Positions 60,448-64,000 of a stretch of 64,000 bases of DNA are shown piece after piece (position 1 is the first letter of the stretch; each line of letters begins with the position of its first letter). The DNA is taken from positions 496,001-560,000 of the forward strand of contig QPGO01000022.1 in assembly GCA_008632985.1 (NCBI GenBank), read 5' to 3'. The stretch comes from Psammoneis japonica (taxonomy: Eukaryota). The position numbers and the translations under genes are program-made. The notes under the pieces are model-generated. The model saw only the letters and a list, made by a program, of their open reading frames with translations. It did no database searches and had not been told where the DNA came from.

Positions 60448-63400
60448 TTAATCATAATGCTTTCTGCGATACTTGAAGTACTCTCGGCGTGCGCTAACAC
60501 TAACAAGTCGTTTCTCTGGAAGAATGCACGCTGTAAGCCGACCACCGTACACGCAACCCGTGTCGAGGCCTATCGCGTGTTCGTACTGCTGCAAGCCTCT
60601 GTCGGCATCATGGCCGAACAAAACCGTTTGGGGTCCGTCCCAGAGCCTTGCCCATGGCCAATTATTGAAGAACTTTGAAGTGACGGTGCCATCGGGCAAA
60701 ATACTTCTCATATTCATCATGAGACGAGGATTCTGTTTTGCTAACCGGATACCTGAAACAAACCCAGCGTGAACAAATAATGCGCCCAAATCTCTGCTTG
60801 AAATGTACCAGGGTAAGCTATACAACCATTTCATATCGGCCATTGAGAGACAAGATGCAATGTGGAAGTGTTCAGAGCCGACGACAGGCGGTTCGACACC
60901 TGCCAACGGAAAAAAGAGAAATTAGAACGCAGAGACATACGACTACGATGCGATTGTAGAAGTCCGACTGACCTGATTTGATTGCCTGGTGCCACCGCAC
61001 GACCTCGAAGTCATGATTCCCACGGACGCCTATCGCCCCGATCTCTCTTGCGAGCTGAACAACAGATATACTGTCCGGGCCTTTGCTGACGAGATCTCCC
61101 AGGAAACAGACAAGATCGCCTGGTTGATAGTCGCAGCGGCGGAGAAGATCTTGAAGTTCGTCAATGCAACCGTGGACATCACCAATTGCGATAACTCGCG
61201 GGTGCCTCTCTCTCGCACGGGCTACTGCAGCGTCCACCAGTATTGGACCGAGCAATCCCTTGAATGGTGACTGGTCAACACTGGCTTCTGAGTAGTCACT
61301 GAATACCCCACCATTACCGCGACCAAGGAAGATATCATCCTTGGCATAAACTGAGCACCCTGGCATGCCAAATGGGCCATCGTATCCTCCTTCTAAGGAA
61401 GCATTGCTCGTGTCTCCATCCGTCTCAGACGGTCCTCTCGAACTTCCACTGTAATCAGAAACAACGGAATCTTCACGTTGAAAGCCTTCTCCGTACAACA
61501 CTGGTTGGTTTGGCTCATCTGCGTCGTCTTCTTCAAAAAGTAGCTCTTCCACGACCCGAGCTCTAACCTTGGACGGCCAAGCCTTTTCTTCCTTTGCTGC
61601 AGCTGCAATTGCCAACAGCACACTGCCGTCCTCAACAACTTCTGCCACGGCCATACTGCTTCTCGCGGCAATACGATCCGCAAGGTCGCCACCTTCGATT
61701 TTAAACTCCAATGTGAACTGTACCTCTACGAAAGTGGCACCGGCGTCTTCTTCTCTCAATTTAATCTTGGTACCACCAATACGAAAGAAACAAAAGTCCC
61801 TCAGTTCTGATCGAAGGGCCTTTTCAAGACCCCGTTGTATGACACGGCGAAATATTGCTCCTCCGACACCCCTGTGCCCTGATTCTAGTTCGGCCCGGGT
61901 AACGCCGATCAGAAACATAAGCTCTCCGTGGGCATTTAGCACGTTCTCCTCTTCGCGCGTTGTGCTGGAATTACCAGGTTTCTTCTTATGTGACTTCTTG
62001 CTCTTTCCGAATCCTACGCCAGATGTGTTTTCAGTCGGCTTCTGCTGTGATTCGACTGTGTCGGTATTTTCACTAGAGGTGATTGGTCCGTCGTCCTTGC
62101 CTGGTATCGCGTTTAAGGAAGCCTGCATGTTGCTTGTTGATGGCAAATCATCGTAAGAGTCGAAACGTAATAAATCACTGGGCGCCTGTTTCTCCTTTTT
62201 CATTGCGTTGATATTGTCCTGTATCATTTGCTCCAACGTGTACGCCTTGACAATACCTTTCAGATCTTTCGGGCAAACATCCCACTTCATTGCCGCGTTC
62301 ACGAAATGTTCACAGTACAGTCCTTGTTCAGCTGGTGTTAGAAGACCGACACTGGCTGTGTGAAGAATTGGTCCAAATGCACGTGAATTAAGCGTTATCA
62401 CCCTGCTCCAATCTGTTTCATTCTTTGCATGTTTGTAGGACAGCTCAATCGAACGCTGTGGTGGATCAGCGTTGACCGGCTCGCCTCCGATAAGCATTTC
62501 CATTCCGCGACGGACCATCTTACGCCCTCTGCCCTTTCTCTTTCGCTTGCTACTGGACTTTCGTGAGGAGGCCACAGCTACCGAGGATGCCATTTGCTCC
62601 ACGAGTTTGTCGTGCTTTTGAGATTTTGCTCGATTGCGACGAATCGTGACCTTGCCGTCGTCAATCATGAGCTGATCCGACTGTTCGGCAGAAAAGGGTA
62701 GCTCTTCGTCATCCACGATATCTCCTCTTGATTTTCCTTCGGATAACTCCTCGGCTTCACTCTCATTCTCGTCTTGAGCCGATATCGCTTGCGACGATCT
62801 GTAAAACAACTCGCTGACGGGCAAGACACCTTCAAGCGCTGTATTCTCCAGTCCTTCTGCTTCAGACGACGCGGGATCCGGAGGAAATAGATCCCTGATT
62901 GAAGGCAGATAAGAGTCGACATCGTCTTTTAGATTGTCTGCACTGGTTTTTTTCTTTCTGTCGACTTTTGGAGAAGGAGACTTTTTCGTCGGTTTTTGTT
63001 TTCGCTTCTTCCTTTTTCGCGAAGCCTGTCCTCCCAGAAATTCTTCCCAGGAGGACAAGCCATTAGGTACTGCTGAGTCTTCTCCACTTCCTTTTTTTTC
63101 TGACCCTAAGCTTGGAAGAGGCGGAGGAAGTAGAGAGGAATAAGATGATGCCGATTTGCTTCGTGTGCTACCGCTAGAGGAGGATGTATTCCTGTCGGGT
63201 TTCGAATGGGGCGGTTGTTGGGCATACGGAAGATCAAAGTCCCCTGAAGATGGTGGCGGAAGCAACGATGAAGACCCCTTTTTTCTCTGCTTTTGTTTTC
63301 GACGCCCTTCTCTGTTGTCTTTGGTGGGTGTACTATCCTCACCTCCTTCGCTTTTGGGTTGTGAGAGTGCGGAGATTGCGAGATCTTTTGACACAGACAG

Positions 63401-63682
63401 GCGTTGCGCTATATCATCCTCTAAGTGGTGCTTCGACTCTTCGGCTTGCTTTTTTCTTTCTGATGGATTCTCCTCGTCGGACTCTGTGGCTGATCGGCTT
63501 GTCAATGGCACCGAAACTTGTGACGCATGTGTATCTCTTGCCGGTATGTAGCAACCGTGCCGAGCCCTTGAGAGTGGCAACCGACGTGGAAAGCGCGATC
63601 CAAAGGCGCGAACCTCCACCAAGAACGCTCCGAAGAAAAGTAGGAGTACCCGGTGGACCAATATCGATAACTGAAGACGCAT
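60448..63682 (-). CDS. Calcineurin-like metallophosphoesterase (ApaH/Ppn2-like) with a long low-complexity N-terminus; intron about 60902-60972
   Basis: GDVHG, GDLVSKGP, RGNHD, VHAG, FGH and LDTGCVYGGRL motifs. Signal peptide followed by RAF. Confidence 0.9.
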
Positions 63683-64000
63683 CACCCTTATCTCCTTTAA
63701 TATTCTAAAGCTGAAGGAAACCGCATGGCCATTATTACTGTTTGGAGATTGTCGTCGGTCGTCGGCTGTTGTCACAGAAGAGAACAAAAAGAAGTGAGCA
63801 GGTGCGTCACTTCGCGCGCACTCTCCATCGTGAGTCTATGCGTCGACCGTTCTTCGCGCGCGCGCTCGCACGCACCCGAAGGTCTCCTCATAGACTCTCG
63901 CGGAAGTAAGACGGACGCTGGCTCAAAATTTAAGACTGGCCAGATAGAAAGGCACACCCGGAGCTCGAAATAGCTCGTATGGTCGATTTTGAGGTATGGA

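Overview
Eukaryotic genomic DNA, most likely from a pennate diatom (short GT-AG introns, bipartite plastid-targeting-like N-termini, CoDi-type copia elements). Gene-rich tracts (about 17.8-27.6, 32.9-39.7 and 49.4-64 kb) alternate with transposon tracts. These are two full-length Ty1/copia LTR retrotransposons with TSDs (6234-13341, 39780-47468), a Dada-like DNA transposon carrying a DEDDy exonuclease (27768-32852) and older TE relics (1-6233, 13342-17300, 47474-48960). Main finding: transposon DNA shows targeted, double-stranded TpA->TpG/CpA hypermutation, the mirror image of fungal RIP. All 11 differences between the LTRs of copia-1, and 13 of 17 in copia-2, are TpA losses. Conserved Tyr residues become Cys/His, and the signal spreads about 450 bp into a duplicated host gene. 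Second finding: a bZIP gene whose acidic C-terminal exon joins in frame through two 7-nt CAG|CA stem-loops, a candidate IRE1-spliced HAC1/XBP1-type intron. Both copia elements have half-tRNA-type primer binding sites, one apparently for tRNA-Asn. Most short ORFs in the TE regions are artefacts of TAA/TAG loss. All counts were made by eye and no database searches were run.
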